Below, one piece after another: positions 37,791 to 49,584 of a stretch of DNA of 64,000 nucleotides. The notes below the pieces were generated by a model. That model was not told the origin of the DNA and ran no database searches. It saw only the letters and a list, made by a program, of their open reading frames with translations. The first letter of the stretch is position 1. Every line of letters starts with the position of its first letter. The translations under genes and the position numbers were made by a program. Source of the DNA: an uncultured candidate division Zixibacteria bacterium (GTDB lineage Bacteria > Zixibacteria > MSB-5A5 > UBA10806); contig CAWFQL010000012.1 of NCBI GenBank assembly GCA_963817915.1, positions 256,001 to 320,000 of the forward strand. Direction: 5' to 3'.

Positions 37791-39542
37791 ATGGCAAAAA
37801 TCAAAATAAATAATCAGCCGATCGAAGTCGAAGACGGATCATTCATCCTCGAAGCCGCACGCAGTCTGGGCATCGAAATTCCGACATTATGCTATTACCC
37901 ATTCATGACTCCCTATGCCGCCTGCCGTATTTGCGCTGTCGAAGCCGGCGATGGCAGGGGCTGGACGAAAATTGTTACCGCCTGCAATTATCCGGCCTGG
38001 GATGGTCTCGAAATTCAAACCGCGACACCGAGAGTCTTGAATGCCCGCAGAATAAATCTCGAAATGATATTAAGCCGTTGCGCCCCTGCGCCGGTTCTCC
38101 AAAAGCTCGCCGATGATTTGGGTATCAAAAAACCTCGATGGGAGGTAGGCGATGATACATGCATTCTGTGCGGTTTGTGTGTGCGGGTATGCGATGACAT
38201 AGTCGGCGCTCATGCCCTGTCATTCGGAGAACGAGGCATTTACCGCAAAGTGACCACGCCATTTAATGAGCAAAGCGGAGATTGCATTTTATGCGGAGCC
38301 TGCGCCAAGGTCTGTCCCACAGGCCATATCGCGATGGAAGAAATCCACAACCGCGAGATTGTGCATAAAGATATTTCATTGGGCCCCAATACTGCGATAT
38401 CATTACAGTTTCGACAGGCTGTTCCCAATGTCCCCAGAATCAATCCCGAACATTGCATTCATTTCAAAACCGGCGGATGCGAGGTATGCTCGAAGGTCTG
38501 CCCGAAGGATTGCATCAATTACGACGAAAAAGATTCAATTGAGGAATTCGATATTGGCGCGGTCATCATGGCAACAGGATTTGATAATTTCGATCCGACA
38601 CCGATGACCCAATACGGCTATGGCAAATATCCCAATGTCATTACCGCTGAAGAGTTCGAAATGATGAACAATGCCGCCGGACCGACCGGCGGGAAAATCG
38701 TAATGGAAAACGGCCAGGAGCCGCGGGCGATAGGAATACTTCATTGCATTGGCAGCCGCGATCAGAATTACCATAAATACTGCAGCCGGGTTTGCTGTAT
38801 GTACGCCTTCAAATTTTCTCATCTGGTTAAGGAAAAAACTAAAGCGGAAGTATATCAATTCTATATTGATATCCGTAGTTTCGGCAAGGGGTACGAGGAA
38901 TTCTATCAGAGGATACTCAATGAGGATGTCAATGTTATTCGCGGCAAAGGAGCGGAAGTAATTCCATCCGGATTCAGGCGCGGCGAAGAGGGACCGCTCT
39001 TGATTCAATGCGAAGATACGCTTGTCGGCAAATTCCGCGAGATCCCGGTTGATATGGTAATTCTCTGCACGGCTCTTGAGGCCAGATCTGACGCTAAAGA
39101 AGTCGGCCGCAAATTCAATATCTCGACCGGTGCGGACGGCTGGTATATCGAGGCCCATCCCAAGCTTGGCCCTGTTTCGACAACAACTGACGGAGTATTT
39201 CTCGCCGGAGCCTGTCAGAGCGCTAAAGATATCCCCGATTCAGTAGCACAGGGTGGAGCGGCTTCATCACATGCCATGAAATTACTCTGCCAGGGCGAGA
39301 TCATGATGGATGCCGCCTACGCGGTGATCAAAGAGGAAAATTGCAGCGGGTGTAAAATCTGCAATGACCTTTGTCCTTATACCGCGATCGAATTTATAAT
39401 AAACAAGAAAGTAAGTTCGGTTAACTCAGCATTATGCAAGGCATGCGGTACTTGTGTTGCCGCCTGTCCATCGGGCGCGATTGTTGCCAGACATTTCACC
39501 GACGATCAAATATATGCCCAGATTGAAGGGATGCTATTATGA
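37791..39542 (+). CDS. Fusion of a NuoG/HydA-like N-terminal Fe-S module with the HdrA C-terminal half
   Basis: PTLC..ACRIC..TAC, CILCGLCVRVC, CILCGACAKVCP; then QAVP, ATGF, HCIGSRD, YCSRVCCMY, DIRSFGKGYEEFY, EAHPKL, KDIPDSV, 2x[4Fe-4S]. Confidence 0.92.
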   Translation: MAKIKINNQPIEVEDGSFILEAARSLGIEIPTLCYYPFMTPYAACRICAVEAGDGRGWTKIVTACNYPAWDGLEIQTATPRVLNARRINLEMILSRCAPAPVLQKLADDLGIKKPRWEVGDDTCILCGLCVRVCDDIVGAHALSFGERGIYRKVTTPFNEQSGDCILCGACAKVCPTGHIAMEEIHNREIVHKDISLGPNTAISLQFRQAVPNVPRINPEHCIHFKTGGCEVCSKVCPKDCINYDEKDSIEEFDIGAVIMATGFDNFDPTPMTQYGYGKYPNVITAEEFEMMNNAAGPTGGKIVMENGQEPRAIGILHCIGSRDQNYHKYCSRVCCMYAFKFSHLVKEKTKAEVYQFYIDIRSFGKGYEEFYQRILNEDVNVIRGKGAEVIPSGFRRGEEGPLLIQCEDTLVGKFREIPVDMVILCTALEARSDAKEVGRKFNISTGADGWYIEAHPKLGPVSTTTDGVFLAGACQSAKDIPDSVAQGGAASSHAMKLLCQGEIMMDAAYAVIKEENCSGCKICNDLCPYTAIEFIINKKVSSVNSALCKACGTCVAACPSGAIVARHFTDDQIYAQIEGMLL

Positions 39543-40003
39543 GCTTCGAACCAAAAATAATAGGCTTTTTGTGCAATTGGTGCAGCTATACGGGGGCCGA
39601 TCTGGCCGGGACGGCGCGAATGAAATATCCCGCCAATATGTTGAGCATTCGGGTAATGTGCAGCGGTCGTATTGATCCGGGATTTATCTTCGATGCCTTC
39701 AGCAATGGCGCCGATGGTGTTATCGTCTGCGGATGTCATCCCGGCGATTGCCATTATGTCGAGGGCAATTATAAGGTCATGCGCAGAATTCCTCTCACAA
39801 AGAAGATTCTCGAAAATATGGGGATTCCACCGGAGAGGCTTCAACTGGAATGGGTATCGGCTTCAGAAGGCGGCAGGTTTCAGGAAGTGGTGACTAAATT
39901 TACAGAGAAGATCAGGGCTATGGGGCCGTTGGACCTTAAAGAGCTGAAATTTGTCCCGGAGGCGATAATGGAGCAACATCTTGAAGGCAGGGACGCGACA
40001 TGA
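39539..40003 (+). CDS. mvhD: MvhD [2Fe-2S] adaptor
   Basis: CNWCSYTGADLAG, RVMCSGR, GCHPGDCHY, WVSASEG. Confidence 0.95.
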   Translation: MSFEPKIIGFLCNWCSYTGADLAGTARMKYPANMLSIRVMCSGRIDPGFIFDAFSNGADGVIVCGCHPGDCHYVEGNYKVMRRIPLTKKILENMGIPPERLQLEWVSASEGGRFQEVVTKFTEKIRAMGPLDLKELKFVPEAIMEQHLEGRDAT

Positions 40004-40974
40004 CACCAAAACCTAAATTAGCGATCTATTGGGCGTCATCGTGCGGTGGATGTGATGTCGCTATTCTTGATATCGAAGAAAAAATTCTCGATGTGGCCAA
40101 TTTTTTCGATATAGTATTCTGGCCCTGCGCGACCGATTTCAAATATGATGATGTCAGAAAAATGGCTGATAAATCAATCACTCTTACACTTTTCAATGGC
40201 GCCATTCGGAGCGATGAAAATTTCGATATCGCCAGGCTGCTCAGGCAAAAATCACTTTTGCTTTGCGCATTTGGGAGTTGCGCGTCTGATGGCAGTATCC
40301 CTGCACTTGCAAATCTGGTCGACAAGGAATCGATTTTCGAATATGTTTACGGCAAATCCCCATCCTTAGATAATCACAATGGAACTATTCCTCAAACCAA
40401 GTGCTCGGTTCCCGAAGGAACTCTTACAATCCCGAATTTGTGGAATACTGTTCGCACCCTGGGGCAGACAGTCGATATCGATTATATTATTCCCGGCTGT
40501 CCGCCGCAATCAGATCAAATTGCCGGGGTAGTCGCGGCGGTAATTGATATTATCAGCAATGGCAAACAGCTGCCGCCCAAAGGAGTTGTCCTTGGCGCTG
40601 GCGATAAAAGCTGCTGCGATGAATGTCCTCGCGATCGCAATATCAAAAAGATCAAAAAATTTATAAGGCCATTTGAAATAATACTCGACCCTAAATTATG
40701 CCTTTTAGAGCAAGGGATTGTTTGTCTCGGACCGGCGACCCGATCCGGATGCAAAGCCAAATGCGTCTCGGCCGGTGTTCCCTGTAGAGGATGCTATGGT
40801 GCACCAGTCAATGTGCGGGATCAGGGGGCAAAGATGGTATCGGCCCTGGCGAGCGTAATAGATTCATCAGATCCCGCAGAAATCGATTCAATTATCGATA
40901 CGATTGCCGACCCCGTCGGGACATTTTATAGATTCAGCCTGGCGGATTCCATGTTAAGGAGGGTACAGCGATGA
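40000..40974 (+). CDS. mvhG: Group 3c [NiFe]-hydrogenase small subunit
   Basis: SCGGC, FGSCA, PGCPP, CDECP, CLLEQG..CLGPATRSGC..PCRGCYG. Confidence 0.93.
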   Translation: MTPKPKLAIYWASSCGGCDVAILDIEEKILDVANFFDIVFWPCATDFKYDDVRKMADKSITLTLFNGAIRSDENFDIARLLRQKSLLLCAFGSCASDGSIPALANLVDKESIFEYVYGKSPSLDNHNGTIPQTKCSVPEGTLTIPNLWNTVRTLGQTVDIDYIIPGCPPQSDQIAGVVAAVIDIISNGKQLPPKGVVLGAGDKSCCDECPRDRNIKKIKKFIRPFEIILDPKLCLLEQGIVCLGPATRSGCKAKCVSAGVPCRGCYGAPVNVRDQGAKMVSALASVIDSSDPAEIDSIIDTIADPVGTFYRFSLADSMLRRVQR

Positions 40975-42452
40975 AGCAAATTTTGATTGACCCAATTACC
41001 CGATTGGAAGGACATGGCAAAATCCATCTTTTCGTAAACGACGACGGCAGTCTGGCGAATTGCTATTTTCAGGTGCCGGAGCTTCGCGGATTCGAGAAAT
41101 TTTGCGTGGGGCGACCAGTCGAGGAAATGTGCCGCATAACAACTCGCATCTGCGGAGTTTGCCCCGAAGCCCATCACATGGCGGCCGCCAAAGCCGCCGA
41201 CGCTGTCTACGGTGCTACAATTCCGTCAGCGGCAAGAAAGCTGCGGGAATTGGCATATAACGCATTCTTTGCGGGCGACCATACCACTCATTTCTACGCC
41301 CTGGGCGGGCCCGATTTTGTCTGCGGCCCGGATGCCCCTGCTCCAGAACGAAATATTCTCGGGGTCATTGCCAAAGTCGGTATCGATGCTGGCAGGAAAG
41401 TTATCGCACAACGTGCCGGAGGCCAGCGAGTAATCGAGATTATCGGCGGCAAAAAGATACATCCGGTTACCGCCTTGCCGGGCGGCATGTCCAAGCGAGT
41501 TACAAAGGAAGAACAGCAGGAAATAATCAAGATCGCCGAGGGAATGGTTGAATTCGGAAAATTTACAATAAAAGTGCTGAATGATATCGTGCTGGCCAAT
41601 AAGGCGTATGTCGATTTAATTCTTTCCGATACATTTACGCACAAAACCTATAACATGGGCCTGGTCGACAATAACAATAAGGTTAATTTTTACGACGGCC
41701 TTGTACGGGTTACAGCGCCCGACGGCACAGAACACGCCATATATGCGCCAAAAGATTATCTTGATTATGTTGCCGAGCACGTGGAGCCTTATAGTTATCT
41801 CAAATTCCCATTCTTGAAAAAAGTTGGCTGGAAAGGATTTGTCGACGGCAAGGATTCGGGCGTTTATAAGGCCACCCCTCTTTCGAGATTAAATGTCTCC
41901 GATGGTATGACAACGCCGCTCGCGCAAGCAGAATATGAACGGTTTTATGAAACACTGACCGGAGACCGATCGGGAAAGACACCGGTGCATTCAACATTGG
42001 CGACACATTGGGCCAGAGTAGTCGAGTTGATGTATGCCTGCGAGGCGACATTAGCACAAGCCAAAGACGACGAGATTATATCGGATCATATATTCGATCC
42101 CCCAACCGGAATCGTCGGAGAAGGTGTCGGAATCGTGGAAGCGCCGCGAGGTACGTTGACTCATCATTATAAGACGGACAAGAATGGTATTATCACGGAG
42201 GCTAATCTTATAGTCGGCACCACAAATAACAACGCCCCAATTTCAATGTCGATCAAGCGCGCGGCCGAAGGCTTGATAAAAAAGGGCGAAGCCATTACCG
42301 ACGGGACATTGAATAAGATCGAGATGGCTTTTCGTGCATATGATCCATGTTTCGGATGCGCGACTCATTCATTGCCGGGTCAGATGCCAATGGAAGTAAT
42401 TGTTCACGATAGCCAAACCGGTGAAATCATCCAAAGCGTCCGGAGAAATTGA
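40971..42452 (+). CDS. mvhA: Group 3c [NiFe]-hydrogenase large subunit
   Basis: [36 protein letters not shown] plus cleavable extension. Confidence 0.95.
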   Translation: MKQILIDPITRLEGHGKIHLFVNDDGSLANCYFQVPELRGFEKFCVGRPVEEMCRITTRICGVCPEAHHMAAAKAADAVYGATIPSAARKLRELAYNAFFAGDHTTHFYALGGPDFVCGPDAPAPERNILGVIAKVGIDAGRKVIAQRAGGQRVIEIIGGKKIHPVTALPGGMSKRVTKEEQQEIIKIAEGMVEFGKFTIKVLNDIVLANKAYVDLILSDTFTHKTYNMGLVDNNNKVNFYDGLVRVTAPDGTEHAIYAPKDYLDYVAEHVEPYSYLKFPFLKKVGWKGFVDGKDSGVYKATPLSRLNVSDGMTTPLAQAEYERFYETLTGDRSGKTPVHSTLATHWARVVELMYACEATLAQAKDDEIISDHIFDPPTGIVGEGVGIVEAPRGTLTHHYKTDKNGIITEANLIVGTTNNNAPISMSIKRAAEGLIKKGEAITDGTLNKIEMAFRAYDPCFGCATHSLPGQMPMEVIVHDSQTGEIIQSVRRN

Positions 42453-42476
42453 CGCCTAATTAGCGGGCAGTACAAA

Positions 42477-42968
42477 ATGGCGAAACCGTACTTGATTCTT
42501 TGTCTCGGTAATGAAATATTATCAGACGACTCCTTTGGATTTAAAGTTTCCAATGTTTTAAATAATGGAGACGATCTCGGAGAGAAGATCGATGCAGTTT
42601 TTGCGCCGCTGGCCGGGTTCAATCTTCTTGATCTTCTTAAAGACCGTTCGTCCGTTCTGATCGTAGATACCATAATTACTTCTAACGCGAAGCCGGGGAC
42701 TATCCACTATTATCCCATGGGGCATTTCACGCCATCGAAACATCTGACCTGCTCGCATCAGGTCAACCTTCCCACCGCGCTTGAATTCGGCAGGCTTCTA
42801 GGAATGACCATACCTCAAAATATCGATGTCCTGGCAATCGAAGCCCAGGATGTCGAAACATTATCGGAAAAAATGACCGAAAATGTCTCCGCCTCATTGG
42901 AACCGGCAATCGAGACCATAAAGAATTGGATAACGCTTAGAAATAATGGAGACAATGCTGACGAATAG
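42477..42968 (+). CDS. hycI: Hydrogenase maturation protease
   Basis: LGNEILSDDSFG, IVDT, SHQV. Confidence 0.88.
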   Translation: MAKPYLILCLGNEILSDDSFGFKVSNVLNNGDDLGEKIDAVFAPLAGFNLLDLLKDRSSVLIVDTIITSNAKPGTIHYYPMGHFTPSKHLTCSHQVNLPTALEFGRLLGMTIPQNIDVLAIEAQDVETLSEKMTENVSASLEPAIETIKNWITLRNNGDNADE

Positions 42969-43319
42969 AATCATTAAATAATGTCAATGATAGATAATAG
43001 GGGTAAAATTTTTAAAGTTCCGTTGGAATGATTTTCCTGTCGCCATGGACTATTTGAAAAACTCCCTTTCCGAGAAATGACCACAGCGACACCCCAACGG
43101 AAACAAGATGATACGCGACGGAATCCATTGAATACTACTCGAAATCACTTCAGATGGGCTGACTGTCTGGAAATATAAAGATCCGATGATTTGTAATTAC
43201 TAATACCCAAGCTAGTAATTCCATTTTTAATTTACTGTCAACCCCATCAAACTCGACATTTATTGGCCACTCTCTGCTACTCTCTGGTGCTCGATGGTTG
43301 CGAATGGTGCAGGTCATAG

Positions 43320-43883
43320 TTGATGGTACAAGAGGGCAAGCCCAGCTATCTCGTTCAACTTCACCGGTTTCAGCGCCCGATGCTCCGATATATAATTTCC
43401 CTATGAACAGGGGATACCATTTCTAATACAAACCGAACCTTTTCTTGGGATCATTCAGATCAAGTCCTGCAATATGATTTGCGTTTAGGCATGACTAACC
43501 CACCTCTCTCTGAATGCATAATCTCCGATACGTCTTATGAAGGTTCGATGCTTTTCGGGGATTCCACATATTATTGGCAAGTCGTCGCATTTAATTCCAT
43601 AGATTCAGTAGCTGGCCCAATCTGGGCATTTCATGTGGAAATGGATACAATGCGCCTTTTAGGAGGATGCACCTACCTCCCCGGCGATGTGAACGGCAGC
43701 AATTCCTTCAATGGCCTTGACGTAACCTACGCCGTCAATTACTTTAGGGGCTCCGGTAATTCACCTACATATTCGTGCGAGCGCCCCCCGCCGGACACTT
43801 GGTATGTCGTTGGTGATGCAAACGCTTCCTGCAGCTTCAATATAATAATCAGATTGTCAATCCGGCTGAATAAACGTCATTAA
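43320..43883 (+). pseudogene. Degraded Fn3-like + dockerin-like protein; second dockerin repeat truncated
   Basis: YYWQVVAFN; GDVNGSNSFNGLDVTYAVNYF; homology breaks after GDANASCSFN; frameshift ~43442; no clear start. Confidence 0.65.
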
Positions 43884-43945
43884 TCCAGATTTTAAATATG
43901 GCCGTCCCACCGGGCCGCCTTTTTTATTTATTGATTCCAATTTTA

Positions 43946-44042
43946 TAGCACAAATTTAGCACACGCCCCGTAACCTGCAGGTAGACAATATGGGAAACAG
44001 GCTTCAAATTCCAGTCTCTCCGTACTAATTTTCGCTATTTAA
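43946..44042 (+). mobile_element. att-like junction: tRNA-Ser 3' duplicate (44003-44022) with upstream paired direct repeats
   Basis: TTCAAATTCCAGTCTCTCCG is 19/20 identical to 22340-22359; TAGCACA at 43946 and 43957. Confidence 0.7.
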
Positions 44043-44317
44043 GCCGTTGTAAATCAAGCATGTCCGATTGTGTCATGGGAGACAATGCCTACACCTGACT
44101 AAAAGAATGGGACGAATTCTATAAAATTTTCTATTTGAGAAAAATCCCTGGTGCCGATTATATAGTCACCTTCTTTTATTAAAATTAAATATGAAATCAT
44201 ATTGCGCAGTTACGGGTTATAGGTATATTAGTTAGTGTGCATTTGTCCCAAGTCTTTTGGGATATTTTGGAAATTTGAGTCTTGCATTAAATTTTAGCCA
44301 TAGCCTTGGAGGAAACG

Positions 44318-46867
44318 ATGAAACTGAAAGCTATCATTTTGTTGAGCAGCATCATGACCATATCGGTGACATCTACTCTTTGGGGACAAGAGATCACCAG
44401 GGATCAGTTTCGTAGAAATGAATGGGAAATGAAATCTCGCCGATGGCAGAACGAGAAAGCTCGTCAAAACCAGGGGACTATTCTCGATCAGACTGATTTT
44501 GACGCCAAGTATTGGGAATTACATTATGATGTGACCAATATTTCCGGCCAGATATTGACAGGCAAGGCGATCCTGACATCCCAATCCAATATCAATGGGC
44601 TTTCTTCAATCGATTATAATTTCACGACCGGCATGACTGTCGATTCTGTCCGCATGAACGGTGCTCCCGTAACCTACACCCGGCCTACTAATATCCTTCG
44701 AATTACCCTGAATCGGGGCTATAATACCGGAGAACTTTTCACCACCACAGTCTATTATCATGGCCACCCCGATCCCAGCGGCTTTGGCTCTTTTACCTGG
44801 AACAGCCATAACGGCCAGCCGATTATATCCACTCTTTCCGAGCCCGAAGGGGCTAGAGATTGGTGGCCCTGCAAAGACGGACCCCACGACAAGGCCGACT
44901 CTGCCGATGTTTACATCACATGCGGTTCGAGTTACACAGGGGTATCCAATGGCGTGCTTGTCAGCAACCAGGATAACGGCAACGGCACCCGTACTTTCCA
45001 TTGGCATATTTCATATCCTATTACGACCTATCTGATTTGTATCGCAATCAGCAACTATCAATCATTCACGGATTGGTATGTGGGAATTAACGGCGATTCC
45101 ATGCCGGTAACAAATTATGTTTATCCAGAATTGTACAGTCAGGCGGTTGAGGATTTCAATATTGTCCCGGGGGCGCTGGAAATCTATGCCAGCATGTTTG
45201 GTGAATATCCGTTCTTCAGGGAAAAATTCGGTTACTCTTTATTTCCCTGGGGCGGCGGTATGGAGCATCAAGACAATGTCTTTTTCGGCTCTATGCTAAT
45301 CTCCGGAAACCATTATTATGATTGGATCACGGTGCATGAGATGAGTCATCAATGGTTTGGCGACGCCATCACTTGCGATATCTGGCCCGACGTTTGGATG
45401 AATGAGGGATTTGCCTCATATTGCGAAGCGCTTTATTATGAGCGGCTGTATGGTTTTGATTATTATGTCAGCTACGAACAAGGCAATAACGGGGTCTACG
45501 ATCCCAGCGGCCCAATTTATAACCCGAGCGATCTTTTTAATGGCAATACCGTCTACAACAAAGGCAGTTGGGTTCTACATATGCTTCGGGGAGTAATGGG
45601 AGATTCGGCTTTCTTTCAAGGGATGCGTTCTTATGCCACAAATCCAGCCTGCTTTCAGGGTACAATAACGACCAGAGGTTTTCAGCATCTGATGGAGCCA
45701 TTCTATGGGGATAGTCTTGGTTGGTTTTTCGATGAGTGGGTATGGGGGCAGAACCGTCCCATATATCGATATTCATGGACAAAATCAAATTTGGGCAATG
45801 GCCAGTATGAGGTCTTCCTGCATGTTCGCCAGACCCAGACCACTCCTGCTCCCAATGTTTTTATAATGCCTATTAAAATCTATCCCCGAATCAATAACGT
45901 CGATACGGTTATCGCGATCTGGAATGATGCCCGCGTAAATGATCTTAGATTTGTGGTCAATGGCAATCCGGCAACCCTCGATTTTGACAAGGTGCCCTGG
46001 ATTCTGCGAGATGCTGCTTCTGAAGCTTATACGATGAATATAGTTACTACTTCACTCCCGAATGGTGCAGTCGGAATTGCCTACGGCGATACCATTGAGG
46101 CTCGCGGAGGGATTCTGCCGTATCATTTCAATATCCAAAGCGGACATCTGCCAGCAGGATTAGCGTTGAATAGCAATACCGGAGTCATCAGCGGCACACC
46201 GACAACAGTCGAGATAGATTCATTTACCGTGCGATGCACGGATTCATCTGGCCCGACCAAAACCGATGATCAGAATTATATAGTCGCAATTGCTTCTTCA
46301 CCGGTTTTGGAAATCCTGACGTTATCATTACCCAACGGCCGTCAGGATAGCACCTATGAAGAGATAATAAACGTTCTGGGCGGCATCCAGCAATATCATT
46401 TTAGTGTGGCGAGCGGTATTTTACCCGGAGGATTGATATTAGATGCAACTGGCGGTAATATAAACGGTGTACCGACAACAGCCGAAGTAGATACATTCAC
46501 GATTCATTGTGAAGACTCGTCTATCCCGCCGCTTTTTGATAACCAACTCTATATAGTCACTATTGAGCCCGCGGCTGGCTGTCAATATGTTCCGGGTGAT
46601 ATAGCAGGCAATGGAGTCTTCAATGGCCTCGATGTTACCTACAGCGTAAATTATTTCAAGGGTGGTACGCCACCGCCGTTTAGTTGCGAATGCACTCCCG
46701 GCAATATCTGGTATGTGGCGGGCGACGTGAATAACTCATGTTCGTTCAACGGGATCGATGTTACCTACATGGTCAATTATTTCAAGGGAGGACCAGCCCC
46801 GATACCATGCGTTGATTGTCCACCTGCCGGCTTTTCTCGCTCGTCTTCAATTATTCCCGAACAATGA
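44318..46867 (+). CDS. Secreted M1 family aminopeptidase + two putative Ig domains + dockerin-like domain
   Basis: GGMEH, HEMSHQWFG, NEGFASY, YNKG; LPNG..G.LP.GL.L...G.I.G.PT x2; GGAGG RBS before ATG 44318. Confidence 0.92.
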   Translation: MKLKAIILLSSIMTISVTSTLWGQEITRDQFRRNEWEMKSRRWQNEKARQNQGTILDQTDFDAKYWELHYDVTNISGQILTGKAILTSQSNINGLSSIDYNFTTGMTVDSVRMNGAPVTYTRPTNILRITLNRGYNTGELFTTTVYYHGHPDPSGFGSFTWNSHNGQPIISTLSEPEGARDWWPCKDGPHDKADSADVYITCGSSYTGVSNGVLVSNQDNGNGTRTFHWHISYPITTYLICIAISNYQSFTDWYVGINGDSMPVTNYVYPELYSQAVEDFNIVPGALEIYASMFGEYPFFREKFGYSLFPWGGGMEHQDNVFFGSMLISGNHYYDWITVHEMSHQWFGDAITCDIWPDVWMNEGFASYCEALYYERLYGFDYYVSYEQGNNGVYDPSGPIYNPSDLFNGNTVYNKGSWVLHMLRGVMGDSAFFQGMRSYATNPACFQGTITTRGFQHLMEPFYGDSLGWFFDEWVWGQNRPIYRYSWTKSNLGNGQYEVFLHVRQTQTTPAPNVFIMPIKIYPRINNVDTVIAIWNDARVNDLRFVVNGNPATLDFDKVPWILRDAASEAYTMNIVTTSLPNGAVGIAYGDTIEARGGILPYHFNIQSGHLPAGLALNSNTGVISGTPTTVEIDSFTVRCTDSSGPTKTDDQNYIVAIASSPVLEILTLSLPNGRQDSTYEEIINVLGGIQQYHFSVASGILPGGLILDATGGNINGVPTTAEVDTFTIHCEDSSIPPLFDNQLYIVTIEPAAGCQYVPGDIAGNGVFNGLDVTYSVNYFKGGTPPPFSCECTPGNIWYVAGDVNNSCSFNGIDVTYMVNYFKGGPAPIPCVDCPPAGFSRSSSIIPEQ

Positions 46868-47204
46868 GCAGAATAAGCTGACAGGGAAATTGCATTAATT
46901 GATCCATTTTAAGGCAGGTCAACAATTGCCTTGACAAGAACCAATATATCCTATTATTTATTACAAAGGTCATTTGCTTCAGACCATGCAGGCTTAGAGC
47001 CTGCAAAAAAGACGGTCTTAAAAACATAAAATTTATATGATTAACAAATTGAGCTTATCACATTTTCACAGCATGGAGGTAAACTATAAATGATATTCTG
47101 CCTTTTAATGCTACCCGCAAAAGAAACTTAAGAAACTTGGAAATCAGGAAAATTATCGCAAAAAGATCTTTTTGAAACCCGTTAGAATTGTCTGGAGAGA
47201 GAAA

Positions 47205-49268
47205 ATGAAAAATAATTGTCTGCTTTTTGCGGCCTTGTTGCTTCTTATGACTTGGTCGATCGCTGTGGCCAATGTTAATCCTTTCGATAATTCTCAGACG
47301 CCCATTATAGCTGATCAGGGCGGCCCGGACGCTTATGGTTATCGGTGGATTGATAGCGACAGCGCCGGCGGCCCCACTTATAACTGGATTGATATTACCA
47401 GTATTGGTATTCCAGTCCTGGGACTTGGCGACGATAACAACGTCGGCCCTATGCCGATTGGATTCGAATTCCCATATTATTGGTATACAGTTAACCATAC
47501 TTGGATTGGCTCCAACGGCTACATTGAATTTTTAAACAACTATAATTACGCCCCCGCCTTTGCTAATATACCGCTTGCAACCCCTCCAAACGATTATCTC
47601 GCGCCTCTCGCAAGCGACCTCGATTTTTCAAGAGGAAACCCGTCATGCTATTACTACAGCAATAATGCCGATAGCTTTGTAGTCTCCTGGATTAATGTGG
47701 GCGAATATGACTATATCGACTCTGTGCATACATTTCAAGTGATCCTGTCCGGTAGTGATTCTTCTATCACTTTCCAGTACGGTATCTGTAACCTTGGATC
47801 AACCAATAATGTCATTGGAATCGAGAATGTCAATGGACAAGTGGGCATACAGTATCTGCGGCAAAATCTCCCCGCAAATCACATGTGGCATGATGGCCTG
47901 GCATTGAAATTCCACCCGGTTCCCAACCCTAGTTTTGTAGTTCATGATGCTGGTATGTTAGATGCGTTCCAAGATGGTTCGGGGGCTAATTTCATTCCAA
48001 GAAATATCGGATATACTATTCGCGCCCAGGTCAAAAACTTCGGCAACCAGGTCGAGACTCTAATTCGCTGCAGCTGTATAGTTAAGCGCAATACAACTAC
48101 GGTATTTCACGATACGCTCGATGTGGGGACACTTAATCCCAGCCAGGCAATTTGGTTAGATTTTCCTGAATTATTTATTCCTGATAGGGATACGACCTAT
48201 AAGGTAACTTTCGTCACCTTAATGGCCAGCGATGCCAATACTACTAATAATACGCTTATCGCCGAGCTGGAATCGTTTACGACGCCGCAGACATTTAGAT
48301 ATGACGATGGTTTAGGGGAAACGAGTCGCAGTTGGACTGGCGATTTTTCTGGTTTTGCAGTCGAATTTCAGATACCTGAAGCTGTATCTCTTGACACGGC
48401 CAGCATCGATATTTTTTCAGTCACCCTGGCGGGCCCGCTTTATGTATGGATTTTGCCGGATGACGGCACTGGAAGACCCGATGGCGCCAATCCACTGGCG
48501 GGCGACACGGTGGATGTTTCAGCCGCGGGCTGGGTAAATGTCGACGTAACTGCGGCGAATTTGATTATTCGCCCCTAATGCCAAGTTCTTTATTGTAGGG
48601 GTGCATGCCCTGCAAAATACTTTTACGTTCGCTATGGATCAGACTCCGCCTTTGTCTAATAGAGGCTGGGAATTTACGAGTGGATACGCGCCTGACCGCG
48701 ACAGGTCGATATCCGACAACATGTTCAGAGCATACTGCTCGGCCGCCCCTCCCGGAACATATCGGGAGTTGTATACAACCCGGACGGCACAACGCCTTTA
48801 GCTGATGTTGCTATCACGACCTATGACACCGCGGATGCGGTCGTCGCAAATAACACTTCCGGCGTGGCTGGTGATTTTCTTGTGACGTTGCCCAGTGGAA
48901 CATATCATCAGCTATTCCATAAGGATGGATTCCGCGATACGACGGTCCAGAATATTGTAGTTACGTTTAATCAAACCACAACACTCAACGTTGTAATGCA
49001 ATTGAGGGGCGGCTGTGAATATGTTGTTGGCGACATTAACAATAGCGCTACATTCAACGGCCTTGACGTTACCTATGGCGTCAACTATTTCAAGGGAGGA
49101 GCGGCGCCTCCGTTCAGTTGCGAATGCACTCCCGGCCATACCTGGTTTGTTGCGGGCGACGTCAATAACAGCTGCAGTTTCAATGGACTCGATGTTACTT
49201 ACATGGTGAATTATTTCAAGGGAGGGGCTGGTCCTATCCCTTGTGTTGATTGTCCTCCGGCGAGGTAG
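47205..49268 (+). CDS. Secreted protein (GPD-GY domain, CarboxypepD_reg-like domain, dockerin-like domain); apparent frameshifts at ~48575 and ~48756
   Basis: Signal peptide; GGPDAYGYRWIDSD; ORFs 47172/48601/48864 join by removing one C and adding one A in short runs. Confidence 0.75.
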
Positions 49269-49367
49269 GGCTCCCGCTTGCATTGGCTATTCGGGCGATA
49301 AAGACGCCTATTCCGATGAAAGCCTCCGAAAGCCCAATTGATTAAATGGCGGCAAAATATTGTTGCT

Positions 49368-49400
49368 AATAAGGCGGCCTAACACGGGCCGCCTTTATTA
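49368..49400 (+). terminator. Intrinsic terminator
   Basis: AAGGCGGCC-taacacg-GGCCGCCTTT. Confidence 0.75.
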
Positions 49401-49584
49401 TCCCTTATGACTCTTACGCCGTCAGAAAGAGGTTTCTGGTGCCACCTGGAAATCGACCAAGACCGGCCGAGAAGGCTAAGATCGAAAGACTCGAAGCAAT
49501 TTATATTCCTGGTAACGCTTGACTTAATTTTGAAATGATGTATTTTTGAATCAAATAGAGCTTCTGCTTCTTCGAGGTGAAGAT

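Noticed and set aside
34274..42452. Selenocysteine readthrough in hdrA or mvh genes
   Set aside because: All ligand positions are Cys; the TGA ending hdrA(N) follows a non-homologous tail and overlaps the nuoE ATG
46981..47019. Hairpin (TGCAGGC-ttaga-GCCTGCA within AGACC/GGTCT) as a riboswitch
   Set aside because: No match to any riboswitch consensus I recognise; may be a simple terminator or leader hairpin
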